From the NCBI GenBank assembly GCA_035622995.1, contig DASPUI010000116.1, forward strand, positions 4,057 through 68,056: 64,000 bases of DNA. The letters run 5' to 3'. This stretch comes from Chthoniobacterales bacterium. GTDB taxonomy: Bacteria; Verrucomicrobiota; Verrucomicrobiia; Chthoniobacterales; UBA10450. A program made the position numbers and the translations under genes. Under the pieces are notes generated by a model. The model did no database searches and had not been told where the DNA came from. It worked only from the letters and a program-made list of their open reading frames with translations. This document shows positions 56,418-64,000 of the stretch, piece after piece. Position 1 is the first letter of the stretch, and every line of letters begins with the position of its first letter.

Positions 56418-58016
56418 ATGGTTTCGACAAAGCAAAAGCCAGATTTGCAAAAGAAAGTACGGGACGTGCCGCACAAGCCTGGCGTGTACCTCATGCGCGA
56501 CCGATTCAATCGCGTGATATACGTCGGCAAAGCGCGCGACTTGCGCAAACGTGTCGGCTCATATTTTCTTCCTTCGAAAATCACCCAGGCTGATTTGAAA
56601 ACGCGCGCGCTGCTCGACGCAACCTGGGATTTCGAAACGCATGTTGTCCGGAGCGAGGCCGAATCGCTCCTGCTTGAGGGCAAGCTGATCAAGGAGTACC
56701 GACCGCGTTACAACATTTCCTTCCGTGACGATAAACGTTTTCTTCTGGTCAAGGTTGACCCGACGGAAGAATGGCCGCGTTTTCGTCTGGCGCGATTGAA
56801 GAAGGATGACAACGCACGTTATTTCGGACCGTACGCACATGCCGGCGCACTGCGTCAGACGCTAAACTTGATGCGAAAGAAATTCGGTGTCCTCACGTTT
56901 GGTCGCGGGGCGCCGACTGAGCGCGAGTTAAAATCCGCGACCTATCAGGTGCCGACGCGCCTGAATGAAATTAACGCGGAACAGTATCGCGAGCGCGTGA
57001 CGGAAGCGTGCGAATTTCTCGAAGGGCATTCGCGGGAAATGATCGTTGCCCTGGAAGAACAAATGCGCAAAGCCGCCGGGGACATGGATTTTGAGAAAGC
57101 GGCTGAGTTGCGCAATATGATCGATGATGTGCGCCGGACGACAAAACCAATGCGGCGTTTTACCCGGCACAGTTTGCCAAGCTCAATCGATCCAATCGCC
57201 GACGTGCAGGAGCTGGCCGAAGTCTTGCAACTGCCGCGCCTCCCGCGAGTGATGGAATGTTTCGACATTTCGAATATTTCGACGACGCACGTGGTCGCAT
57301 CCATGGTTTGTTTTCGCGACGGCGTACCGGATAAAAATTGTTATCGGCGATATCGCGTTCGGACCGTGCAAGGCCAGGATGATTTTGCCAGTATGGCCGA
57401 AGTCGTCAGGCGAAGATACGCGCGAATTTTACTGGAAGCGCGCGAGCAAAATCCGGAAATCGCCGAGTTTTCGCAGGAACAAACCGTTGATGGGCTGCGC
57501 CGTTTGGAAAAGCAAGCCTCCAACTTTCAACGGCCAGCGGCCAACGCCGAGATCGAGCAGCAGAAGTTTGCCGCGCCAGTTCGTTTGCCGGATCTGATCA
57601 TTGTCGACGGAGGTAAGGGCCAGCTCTCTTCCGCGTGCAGCGAGCTCCAGCGACTCGGTTTGCAGGAATTGGCCATCATCGGTCTGGCGAAGGAACGCGA
57701 GGAAATTTTTCGGCCGGGGCGGGCTTTGCCGATACAACTTTCACTCGATTCCCGTGCGCTTCGTTTGCTTCAGCGGATTCGCGATGAAGCGCATCGTTTT
57801 GCAAATGCCTATCACCAGCTGCTTTTAAAGAAGCGAGTCGAGGAGAGCATTCTGGACGATTGTCCGGGCGTGAGCCAAAACCGGAAAAATCTGTTGCTTC
57901 GAGAATTTGGGTCGGTCAATCGGCTCCGGCGAGCGAGCGTGGAGGAAATTGCCGCGACGGAAGGAATCGGCCGAAAACTGGCCGAAGATGTGCATCGCTT
58001 CTTGCAGCGGCATTGA
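56418..58016 (+). CDS. uvrC: Excinuclease ABC subunit C
   Basis: It has a GIY-YIG domain (PGVYLMRD..NRVIYVGKA..LRKRV), a UVR domain (FEKAAELRNMIDDV), a RNase H-like endonuclease domain and a C-terminal HhH. The ATG at 56418 is preferred. Confidence 0.9.
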   Translation: MVSTKQKPDLQKKVRDVPHKPGVYLMRDRFNRVIYVGKARDLRKRVGSYFLPSKITQADLKTRALLDATWDFETHVVRSEAESLLLEGKLIKEYRPRYNISFRDDKRFLLVKVDPTEEWPRFRLARLKKDDNARYFGPYAHAGALRQTLNLMRKKFGVLTFGRGAPTERELKSATYQVPTRLNEINAEQYRERVTEACEFLEGHSREMIVALEEQMRKAAGDMDFEKAAELRNMIDDVRRTTKPMRRFTRHSLPSSIDPIADVQELAEVLQLPRLPRVMECFDISNISTTHVVASMVCFRDGVPDKNCYRRYRVRTVQGQDDFASMAEVVRRRYARILLEAREQNPEIAEFSQEQTVDGLRRLEKQASNFQRPAANAEIEQQKFAAPVRLPDLIIVDGGKGQLSSACSELQRLGLQELAIIGLAKEREEIFRPGRALPIQLSLDSRALRLLQRIRDEAHRFANAYHQLLLKKRVEESILDDCPGVSQNRKNLLLREFGSVNRLRRASVEEIAATEGIGRKLAEDVHRFLQRH

Positions 58017-58058
58017 TTTGCCGCAGATTTCGCAATTCAACGCAGGTTTTGGAATGAG

Positions 58059-59966
58059 ATGAATTTTACCGGCGGAAATCTGCGTATTCTTTTTATCGCG
58101 TCTCTGTTTGCCAGTGCTGCGGCGGAGTCGCTTGCGCAACTACCGAGCCCGACGCCGGTGGCGACTCCGGTTGCAACGCCAGAAACGGAAGAAGAGACAA
58201 TCATTCCAACGTTTGAAACGCAGAAACAGGCACGAACATACGTCCTCGATGTGCCGGCACCGCGCGGCGAAATCGTCGACCGGAACGGTTTGCCGCTGGC
58301 CCAGAATAAGGTGGCCTACAATCTGGCCGTCAATTTTCCGACGCCGCTCGATTTTTCCGACGCACAAGCGGTCAATTTTATGCAGGAAAAGATCGACCAG
58401 GCTTCCAAAATAATTGGCCGGAAGATAAAAATCTCCGACGACGCAATCATTAAGCATTATCGGAATCGCGGAGGTTTGCCATTGGAAATCGCCCAGAATC
58501 TTAGCGATGACGAATACGCAGCGGTCAAAGATCGGACCAAAGACTCAATGGTCGTTAGGCCAGTTTACATCCGGACCTACCCGAACGGAAAGGTGGCGGG
58601 ACAGATCGTCGGCTACACCGGCAAAACGGGCCGCAACCTCGATGGCATCATTGACAATCACGAGACGATTTGGCCTGAGACGGAAGGCCGCGAGGGACTC
58701 GAGCAAACGTTCAACGAATTGCTTACGGGCAAGCATGGCGAATACAAACTGACGTTCGATAAAGATGGCCGGAAGACATCGGAAAAATTGATCTCCGCTC
58801 CGGTTCCGGGGAGCACGATTGTGACGACCCTTGATCTGCGCCTTCAGGAATTGGCCGAAAAGGCGCTGGCCGCGAAAGCGAAACGCGGCGCACTGGTAAT
58901 CGTCGACCCAAACAGCGGCGACATTTTGGCGATGGCTTCCTGGCCGGGCTACAATCCAAATGTTTTTATTCCATCCATTTCGGCGGATAAATTCAAAGCG
59001 CTTCAGGATGATCCTGACATTCCGCTGTTACCGCGCGCGTTTCGCTCCTCCTACCCGCCGGGCTCGACGTTCAAAGTTGCAGTTGGTCTGGCGGCGCTCG
59101 AAAGCGGCTCGGTCCGGCCGGAAGACTTGTATCAATGCGTTCCGGCGATCGAAATCGGGAACCTGACGTTTCACAATTGGAAGAAGAGCGATCGCGGCGC
59201 GCTCAATTTCGTTCAGGCTATGACCGAATCGTGCGACACCTGGTTCTATCAGGTTGGGATCAAAACCGGCGCAGAGCCGATAATTGATTGGGCACTGCAG
59301 CTTGGTTTTGGGGCAAAGTGTGGTGTGCCGTTGCGCGGTGAAGCGGAGGGCCGGGTGCCAAACGACGATTACATGAAGGCAACGCACGGACGAAAACTGC
59401 TCAACGGCGACATTGCGAATTTGTCTATCGGTCAGGGCGACACACAGGTCACGCCGCTGCAAATGGCGCAAGCGATGGCCGTGATTGCCAACGGCGGCAC
59501 CGTTTTTCAATCGCGACTCGTGCAGCAGGTGCAGTCGCTCGACAACAAAATCGTCAGCGCTTATCAGGTGCGAGCAAAACGGACCCTCGACATTTCACCA
59601 ACGACGCTGGACCAGTTGCATACTGCCTTGGTCGATGTGGTGAACGGGGCGGGCGGAACTGCGCATGAAGCCGAACTGGACAATGTGGAAGTTGCGGGCA
59701 AGACCGGCACCGCACAATGGGGGCCGAAAAACAAAGAGCGCACGGCTGCGTGGTTCGCAGGCTATTTGCCGGCTGATAAGCCGGAATTTGCGTTTGCTGC
59801 GCTCTACGAGGGTGAGGTCGGCAGCAAAGTTCACGGCGGATCGGCCGCGGCTCCAATGATCGCGGAGGTCTTCAAAGAAGTTTACAAAACTCGCCAGGCA
59901 AACGGCCGTCGGCGCGAATCGCCGGTCCGCCGCGCCCAACCCGTTGAAGAAGATCAATCGGACTAA
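58059..59966 (+). CDS. mrdA: Penicillin-binding protein 2 (peptidoglycan D,D-transpeptidase)
   Basis: 635 aa. The start has an RG.I.DRNG.PLA motif. The SxxK motif is PGSTFK, SIGQG is SxN-like, and KTGTA is KTG. No adjacent rodA or mreBCD is present. Confidence 0.9.
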   Translation: MNFTGGNLRILFIASLFASAAAESLAQLPSPTPVATPVATPETEEETIIPTFETQKQARTYVLDVPAPRGEIVDRNGLPLAQNKVAYNLAVNFPTPLDFSDAQAVNFMQEKIDQASKIIGRKIKISDDAIIKHYRNRGGLPLEIAQNLSDDEYAAVKDRTKDSMVVRPVYIRTYPNGKVAGQIVGYTGKTGRNLDGIIDNHETIWPETEGREGLEQTFNELLTGKHGEYKLTFDKDGRKTSEKLISAPVPGSTIVTTLDLRLQELAEKALAAKAKRGALVIVDPNSGDILAMASWPGYNPNVFIPSISADKFKALQDDPDIPLLPRAFRSSYPPGSTFKVAVGLAALESGSVRPEDLYQCVPAIEIGNLTFHNWKKSDRGALNFVQAMTESCDTWFYQVGIKTGAEPIIDWALQLGFGAKCGVPLRGEAEGRVPNDDYMKATHGRKLLNGDIANLSIGQGDTQVTPLQMAQAMAVIANGGTVFQSRLVQQVQSLDNKIVSAYQVRAKRTLDISPTTLDQLHTALVDVVNGAGGTAHEAELDNVEVAGKTGTAQWGPKNKERTAAWFAGYLPADKPEFAFAALYEGEVGSKVHGGSAAAPMIAEVFKEVYKTRQANGRRRESPVRRAQPVEEDQSD

Positions 59967-61006
59967 CCAACCGCCGCTGTTTCTTTCGGCAGTTCCATTG
60001 TGCCCTTGAATTTCGGAGGGTCCTCTTCGACGCCGAAGTTTTCGGAGCAAAGATTTTCGATCTTGGCGAGATCGTCCTGCGTTAGCGGCGGTGTGTCGGG
60101 GGCGTTGGCGAATTCGATCAGCTGCCCCTCGTTGTAAATGTTCGGCAAAGTGGACGCGACGCGATCGTCTGCCAGCAGCCATTGGAGCGCGGCCTGCCCC
60201 AACGAACGCTCGGAATTCTCCAGAAAACGTAATTTGCCGATTTTTTTGACTCCGTTTAAAAGCCAACTGCGAGGCCGATGGCTGCGATGATCGGTCGGTG
60301 GAAACGTTGTCTCGGCCGTATATTTTCCTTCGAGCAATCCGGACGAATGAGTCACTCGAATTAAAAACATTGTCTCCTTCCCGGCATCGGTTGCCGCTTC
60401 GTGCAGTGCGCTGCCGGGATGTTGTTCAAGCATATTATAAATATGCTGAACGCTTGTGAAATCGCGTTCGCGGATGCAATTCGCTCCTTCGTAAAGCCAG
60501 CCGATCGCCGGACCGAGCGCGATTCCGTAGTAGCGGGCCTTTCCGCTTTTTTTCAATTTCTCGAGTGTCGTCCAAAGAGCATCGTCATAAACCTGCTCCA
60601 TCCTGATGTTATGAAGTTGCAACAGATCTATCTGTTCGGTTTTGAGTCGCTTGAGCGCTGCATCGGTCGCTCGAGTAATTGCTTCGGCCGAGAAATCCTG
60701 CGGAATTTCGCGCTGACCGCGCCCGCGTGCTGCACCGTGGTGAACAAAATCGTAACCGACCTTTGTCGCGATCGTGATCTCGTCTCGCTGATTCGGAAAA
60801 GCTTTCGCGATTAATTCTTCACTCAGGCCGTTTCCGTAAGTGTCGGCTGCATCGAAAAGGGTGATGCCGAGATCAAAGGCCTTGTGCATCAGCCCAATCG
60901 CTTCGCCTTCGGTGAAGTTTCCCCACCATCCGGTCGAAATGGTCCAGAGACCGAATCCAACCTCGCTCACGCGCAAATCAGTGTTTTTATAAGTCCGGAA
61001 TTTCAT
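59963..61006 (-). CDS. Aldo/keto reductase
   Basis: MKFRTYKNTDLRVSEVGFGLW, FDAADTYGNG and QLHN blocks are present. The ATG at 61006 has a GGAGAG 7 nt upstream. The longest ORF starts 5 codons earlier, at 61021. Confidence 0.9.
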   Translation of the reverse strand: MKFRTYKNTDLRVSEVGFGLWTISTGWWGNFTEGEAIGLMHKAFDLGITLFDAADTYGNGLSEELIAKAFPNQRDEITIATKVGYDFVHHGAARGRGQREIPQDFSAEAITRATDAALKRLKTEQIDLLQLHNIRMEQVYDDALWTTLEKLKKSGKARYYGIALGPAIGWLYEGANCIRERDFTSVQHIYNMLEQHPGSALHEAATDAGKETMFLIRVTHSSGLLEGKYTAETTFPPTDHRSHRPRSWLLNGVKKIGKLRFLENSERSLGQAALQWLLADDRVASTLPNIYNEGQLIEFANAPDTPPLTQDDLAKIENLCSENFGVEEDPPKFKGTMELPKETAAVG

Positions 61007-61061
61007 TGTTGAACTCTCCATCGTCCGCTTTTAACGGGCGTGAGTCAAAATCGATTGTTCG

Positions 61062-62141
61062 TTAAATCGACAAGAGGAATTCCGCGATATCGAGCGAAGC
61101 GCGCGGTCGGCTTAGTTTACGAATATTTGCCGACCATTCGCTCCACTGCTTCGCGCCGTGTGCGAATGCGCGCCCAGCCATGGCGGAAACTTCCGCCGGC
61201 GACTGCGCCATCGCGCCTGAATTGGTTTCAACGATCAGCTGTAAGTTTCCTTCCTCCTGGCCGGAGACAACGTGATTGATAATCATCGGACAACCGGCGG
61301 CGATCGTCTCCTGGACGGTTGCGCCGCCCGCTTTGCCGATCAGAAGATCACTTTCGCTGAGAATGCGCGGCATCTGATCGGTCCAGCCGACGATTTCAAT
61401 TTTGTGATCGCCAATAACAGCTTCAATCGCGCGCCGAACCTTCTCATCCCGTCCGACGGTAACGGTGAGCTCGACGTTGAGATCTAGCAGTCGCGCGACG
61501 GTTTTGGGTGCGTTGCCGGTTCCGGCATTAATCATGTAGAGAATGCGCGGTGGACGGTGTGGCGCTTCTTCTCGATCCCGGTTGAAATCCGAGAACTTCG
61601 GGCTAACCGGAAAACCGAAAACCCGAATTTTTTCAGAATCGACGCCGCGCTGGCGAGCGACCACAGCGCTTTGTTCGTTAGGCAGAAAAAAATAATCTCC
61701 AGGCGCCCGGCACCAGATGCCGTTGACCGTAATTGAGTCCGTCACGATCACCACGCTTTTGAAGCGTGACGCCACTCCGGCGATTTGCCTGATGAGATAC
61801 GGATATGCCGGAAAAGTTGAAACGATTGAGTCGGGTTGGAAGGCGGCGAGCAATTGGGCAAGACGCGTTTTTAATCGGGAGAACTTTGCGAAATCGCGGT
61901 CAAAATCGTTCTTGCGGTCGAGCCAGCGATAAACAAGACCCCACGAGCGCGGCCAACGATTGATCAGCGTCTGGTATGCGCGGCGAATGTGCTCATTCAG
62001 TGTTCCGTAGACTTCGGCAAAGAGATCATGCATCTCGACCAGTGAATCCGACGAGACCCGTGCCAGTCCGTCGCGGACGCCGCGAGCAGCGCTATTATGA
62101 CCTTCACCGTACCCAGCAGTGAGTATGAGGATTCTTTTCAC
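61062..62141 (-). CDS. Glycosyltransferase, MGDG synthase/UgtP-like (GT28 family)
   Basis: 359 aa. The N-terminal RILILTAGYGEGHNSAARGV is typical of diacylglycerol glycosyltransferases. The C-terminal part has a GT-B nucleotide-sugar domain (IGKAGGATVQE). Confidence 0.75.
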   Translation of the reverse strand: MKRILILTAGYGEGHNSAARGVRDGLARVSSDSLVEMHDLFAEVYGTLNEHIRRAYQTLINRWPRSWGLVYRWLDRKNDFDRDFAKFSRLKTRLAQLLAAFQPDSIVSTFPAYPYLIRQIAGVASRFKSVVIVTDSITVNGIWCRAPGDYFFLPNEQSAVVARQRGVDSEKIRVFGFPVSPKFSDFNRDREEAPHRPPRILYMINAGTGNAPKTVARLLDLNVELTVTVGRDEKVRRAIEAVIGDHKIEIVGWTDQMPRILSESDLLIGKAGGATVQETIAAGCPMIINHVVSGQEEGNLQLIVETNSGAMAQSPAEVSAMAGRAFAHGAKQWSEWSANIRKLSRPRASLDIAEFLLSI

Positions 62142-62220
62142 AATTCGTTAGGCGTGGCGGGGACGTCGGCGCGCGGAAGTTTAATGGATATTTACTGCGG
62201 GCAAAGTAAACTCTGATCCC

Positions 62221-63111
62221 GTGAAAATTCTGCGTTTGATCTGGGTCGCGGCTCGCCGTCTAATTTGGGAAACCGCAACCGACAACACTCCCGGACTGGC
62301 GGCACAGATCGCCTATCAACTGTTATTCGCGTTGCCCTTCGTGCTTTTGTTCCTCTGGCACCTGCTCGGGCTGTTTGGGACAGATCCAGCCAAGCTGCAC
62401 GGAATGGTTGCAGTGCTGGAAAGCTTTCTGCCGCCCGATCCCAAGGTGCAGGGAATTCTCGATGCAGCGGTCGCAAACGTGGTGGTGACCGGTTCGAGCG
62501 GAATGCTGGCCAATGTCGGAATTATTTTCGGAATTTATCTCGGAACGGTTTTCATCGCGACCGTCAGCCGGGCATTGAGCCACACCCAGGGTCTCCGGCA
62601 GGGACAAAGTTGGTGGTCGAGATATATCATCTCATTTTTTCTACTTTTCTGGTTTGGCCTAACGATCCTGATTTGTTTCAATGCCATGGTCTTCGGCGAA
62701 ACGCTCGCTGGTCTGGCTGAAGTGAATTTTCAGCTTAGCATTCCGCTGCAGCATTGGGTGGCGGCACTCAATCTCCCGTCCATCGCGCTAGCCTTGATCC
62801 TGTTTGCGCTCGTCCTCTATTTGCTGACTTCCGAGCATTATTCGACTGCCAGACAGGCGTTACCGGGCGCTATCTTCTTTTCCTTTGGCTGGATCCTTGT
62901 CACCAAACTCTTCCAGCTCTACGTCGCGAAATACAATCGCTATAACCCAACTTATCTAGCCCTCGCGTCCATCATCATGCTCCTCTTCTGGATGTACTTA
63001 ACCTGTCTGTTTCTGTTGTTGGGCGGAAAATTGAACGCGATTTTGCGCGATGAATGGAAGCAACGGCGCGAAATCGAAACAGTGCCGCCGCCAGTCGGCG
63101 CGTCTGCTTGA
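62221..63111 (+). CDS. YihY/virulence factor BrkB family membrane protein
   Basis: 296 aa with a GTG start. It begins DNTPGLAAQIAYQLLFALPFVLLF and has six TM segments. The motif Y....P.Y..LASIIMLLFWMYL lies near the end. Confidence 0.85.
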   Translation: MKILRLIWVAARRLIWETATDNTPGLAAQIAYQLLFALPFVLLFLWHLLGLFGTDPAKLHGMVAVLESFLPPDPKVQGILDAAVANVVVTGSSGMLANVGIIFGIYLGTVFIATVSRALSHTQGLRQGQSWWSRYIISFFLLFWFGLTILICFNAMVFGETLAGLAEVNFQLSIPLQHWVAALNLPSIALALILFALVLYLLTSEHYSTARQALPGAIFFSFGWILVTKLFQLYVAKYNRYNPTYLALASIIMLLFWMYLTCLFLLLGGKLNAILRDEWKQRREIETVPPPVGASA

Positions 63112-63143
63112 TCGCACCGCGCCCTCTGTTACGCTGCGCTTCG

Positions 63144-64000
63144 GTGGCTCGCTTTCGGTGGTCGTTTTTCGCCGTGATCGTTTGCAGCGCAATCGCCTGC
63201 ACGCTCCTTCAGGCGCAACTCACCGACGAAGAAAAGCGGCAAGAATTTCTCAAAACCAGGTCGGCGGCCTCGGTCGATCCGGATGAATCGCCAACCCCGA
63301 CGCCGAAGCCAAAACACAAATCCAAACCGCCATCTCCGACGCCGAAGCCGAAAGCAACACCCAAAGAAACACCTGAACCGACGGCCAAGAAATCCAAGCC
63401 GGTGAAGAAAAAAAACGGCTTACCGGACGGGACGCCAACGACAAAAAAGAAAAAACACAATGCGACCCCGGCAAAATCGCCAAAAAAATCTGCTTCGCCA
63501 GCGCCGTCCGAAACGCCGACGGCGCGCCCCACCGCGTCCGCGCCGCGGGCAATTACGGTTCCCACAGCTTCACCGCCGCCAACGCCCAGATTGATACCGA
63601 CAGTTTCTGTCCCGGTTCAGGAACCGGAGCAATTGACCATCCAAAAATATGGCTACGAGAAACCGCGAAGTTTCTGGTCGCGACTTTTTGGAGGCGGTGG
63701 GCGAAGCACGGGCGCCGGTTACCGTTATCTCTCGGCTTCAATTCGCGCACAGATTGATCGCGCACCGGTCGCGCCGGCGCGCTGGCAGTATATTGTGGTG
63801 CACAACAGCGGAACCCGGCAGGGGAACGCCGCCGTTTTTGATTATTACCATCGACACGTTCGCCGCATGCAAAACGGTTTGGCTTACCATTTCGTCATTG
63901 GAAATGGGACCTCCACCGCCAACGGTCAGATCGAAGTGGGCGACCGCTGGCGACGGCAAATCAATGGCGGCCACGTCCACAGCGATTATTTGAACAACAT
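63144..64000 (+). CDS. Secreted N-acetylmuramoyl-L-alanine amidase (Amidase_2/PGRP-type) with Lys/Pro-rich linker; 3' end runs off the window
   Basis: I translated the open frame (codon positions divisible by 3) by hand; it is not in the ORF track because no stop falls in the window. It reads (V)ARFRWSFFAVIVCSAIACTLLQA as a signal, then PTPTPKPKHKSKPPSPTPKPKATPKETPEP...KKKKH, then WQYIVVHNSGT...AYHFVIGNG...GQIEVGDRW..Q..GGHV as the amidase_2 core. The start is uncertain (GTG 63144 or TTG 63108). Confidence 0.7.
   Translation, partial: MARFRWSFFAVIVCSAIACTLLQAQLTDEEKRQEFLKTRSAASVDPDESPTPTPKPKHKSKPPSPTPKPKATPKETPEPTAKKSKPVKKKNGLPDGTPTTKKKKHNATPAKSPKKSASPAPSETPTARPTASAPRAITVPTASPPPTPRLIPTVSVPVQEPEQLTIQKYGYEKPRSFWSRLFGGGGRSTGAGYRYLSASIRAQIDRAPVAPARWQYIVVHNSGTRQGNAAVFDYYHRHVRRMQNGLAYHFVIGNGTSTANGQIEVGDRWRRQINGGHVHSDYLNN

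Noticed and set aside
63209-63565. Minus-strand ORFs of 118 and 100 aa in the final kilobase.
   Set aside because: They are Gly/Val/Phe-rich mirror translations of the plus-strand Lys/Pro-rich linker of the amidase gene. That plus-strand gene has a recognisable catalytic domain.

Overview
This 64-kb chromosomal segment is densely coding, with about 62 protein genes on both strands. I recognised no rRNA, tRNA, CRISPR array, transposase or integrase by eye. It carries dnaA-dnaN with a candidate oriC at about 42.4-42.8 kb, so it is origin-proximal core genome. Most genes are housekeeping:
- Transcription and replication: rpoN, dnaA, dnaN, uvrC, def.
- SAM cycle: metK-ahcY with a divergent SahR-type regulator, plus mtnP and miaB.
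- Translation: leuS, hisS, aspS.
- Envelope: mscL, galE, mrdA, a DacA-type carboxypeptidase, and GT9 and GT28 glycosyltransferases.
- Cofactor metabolism: folD, ubiX.
- Energy transduction: two Ton/Tol-like motor clusters.

Gene content (Pro-rich secreted proteins, TolB-like/TPR sensors, weak Shine-Dalgarno usage) suggests a PVC/Verrucomicrobiota-like soil bacterium. That is inference only.

The least ordinary part is the left edge (0.1-4.3 kb). It holds a small NHLP-leader-like protein with a Trp/Tyr-rich tail, convergent with a cytoplasmic animal-type heme peroxidase. A 41-codon ORF is ATGA-coupled to the peroxidase start. A DHFR-like protein and a full-length homologue of vitamin K-dependent gamma-glutamyl carboxylase (HTTM plus lumenal domain) follow. 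I flag this as a candidate, untested peptide/protein-modification island that is truncated by the window edge.

The second notable locus lies next to rpoN and an orphan NtrC-type activator. It has a good sigma-54 promoter match in front of two translationally coupled, paralogous small secreted coiled-coil proteins with Lpp-like basic C-termini.

Other observations are lower priority:
- a translationally coupled cbiX-GAF-Cys-rich-amidohydrolase gene string;
- palindromes in the metK/sahR divergent promoter;
- an 86-nt, 94%-identical patch shared by two otherwise diverged exbD paralogues;
- a possible structured leader before a 3D-domain lipoprotein;
- oriC features.

All functional calls rest on motif recognition by eye. 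No database search was run.
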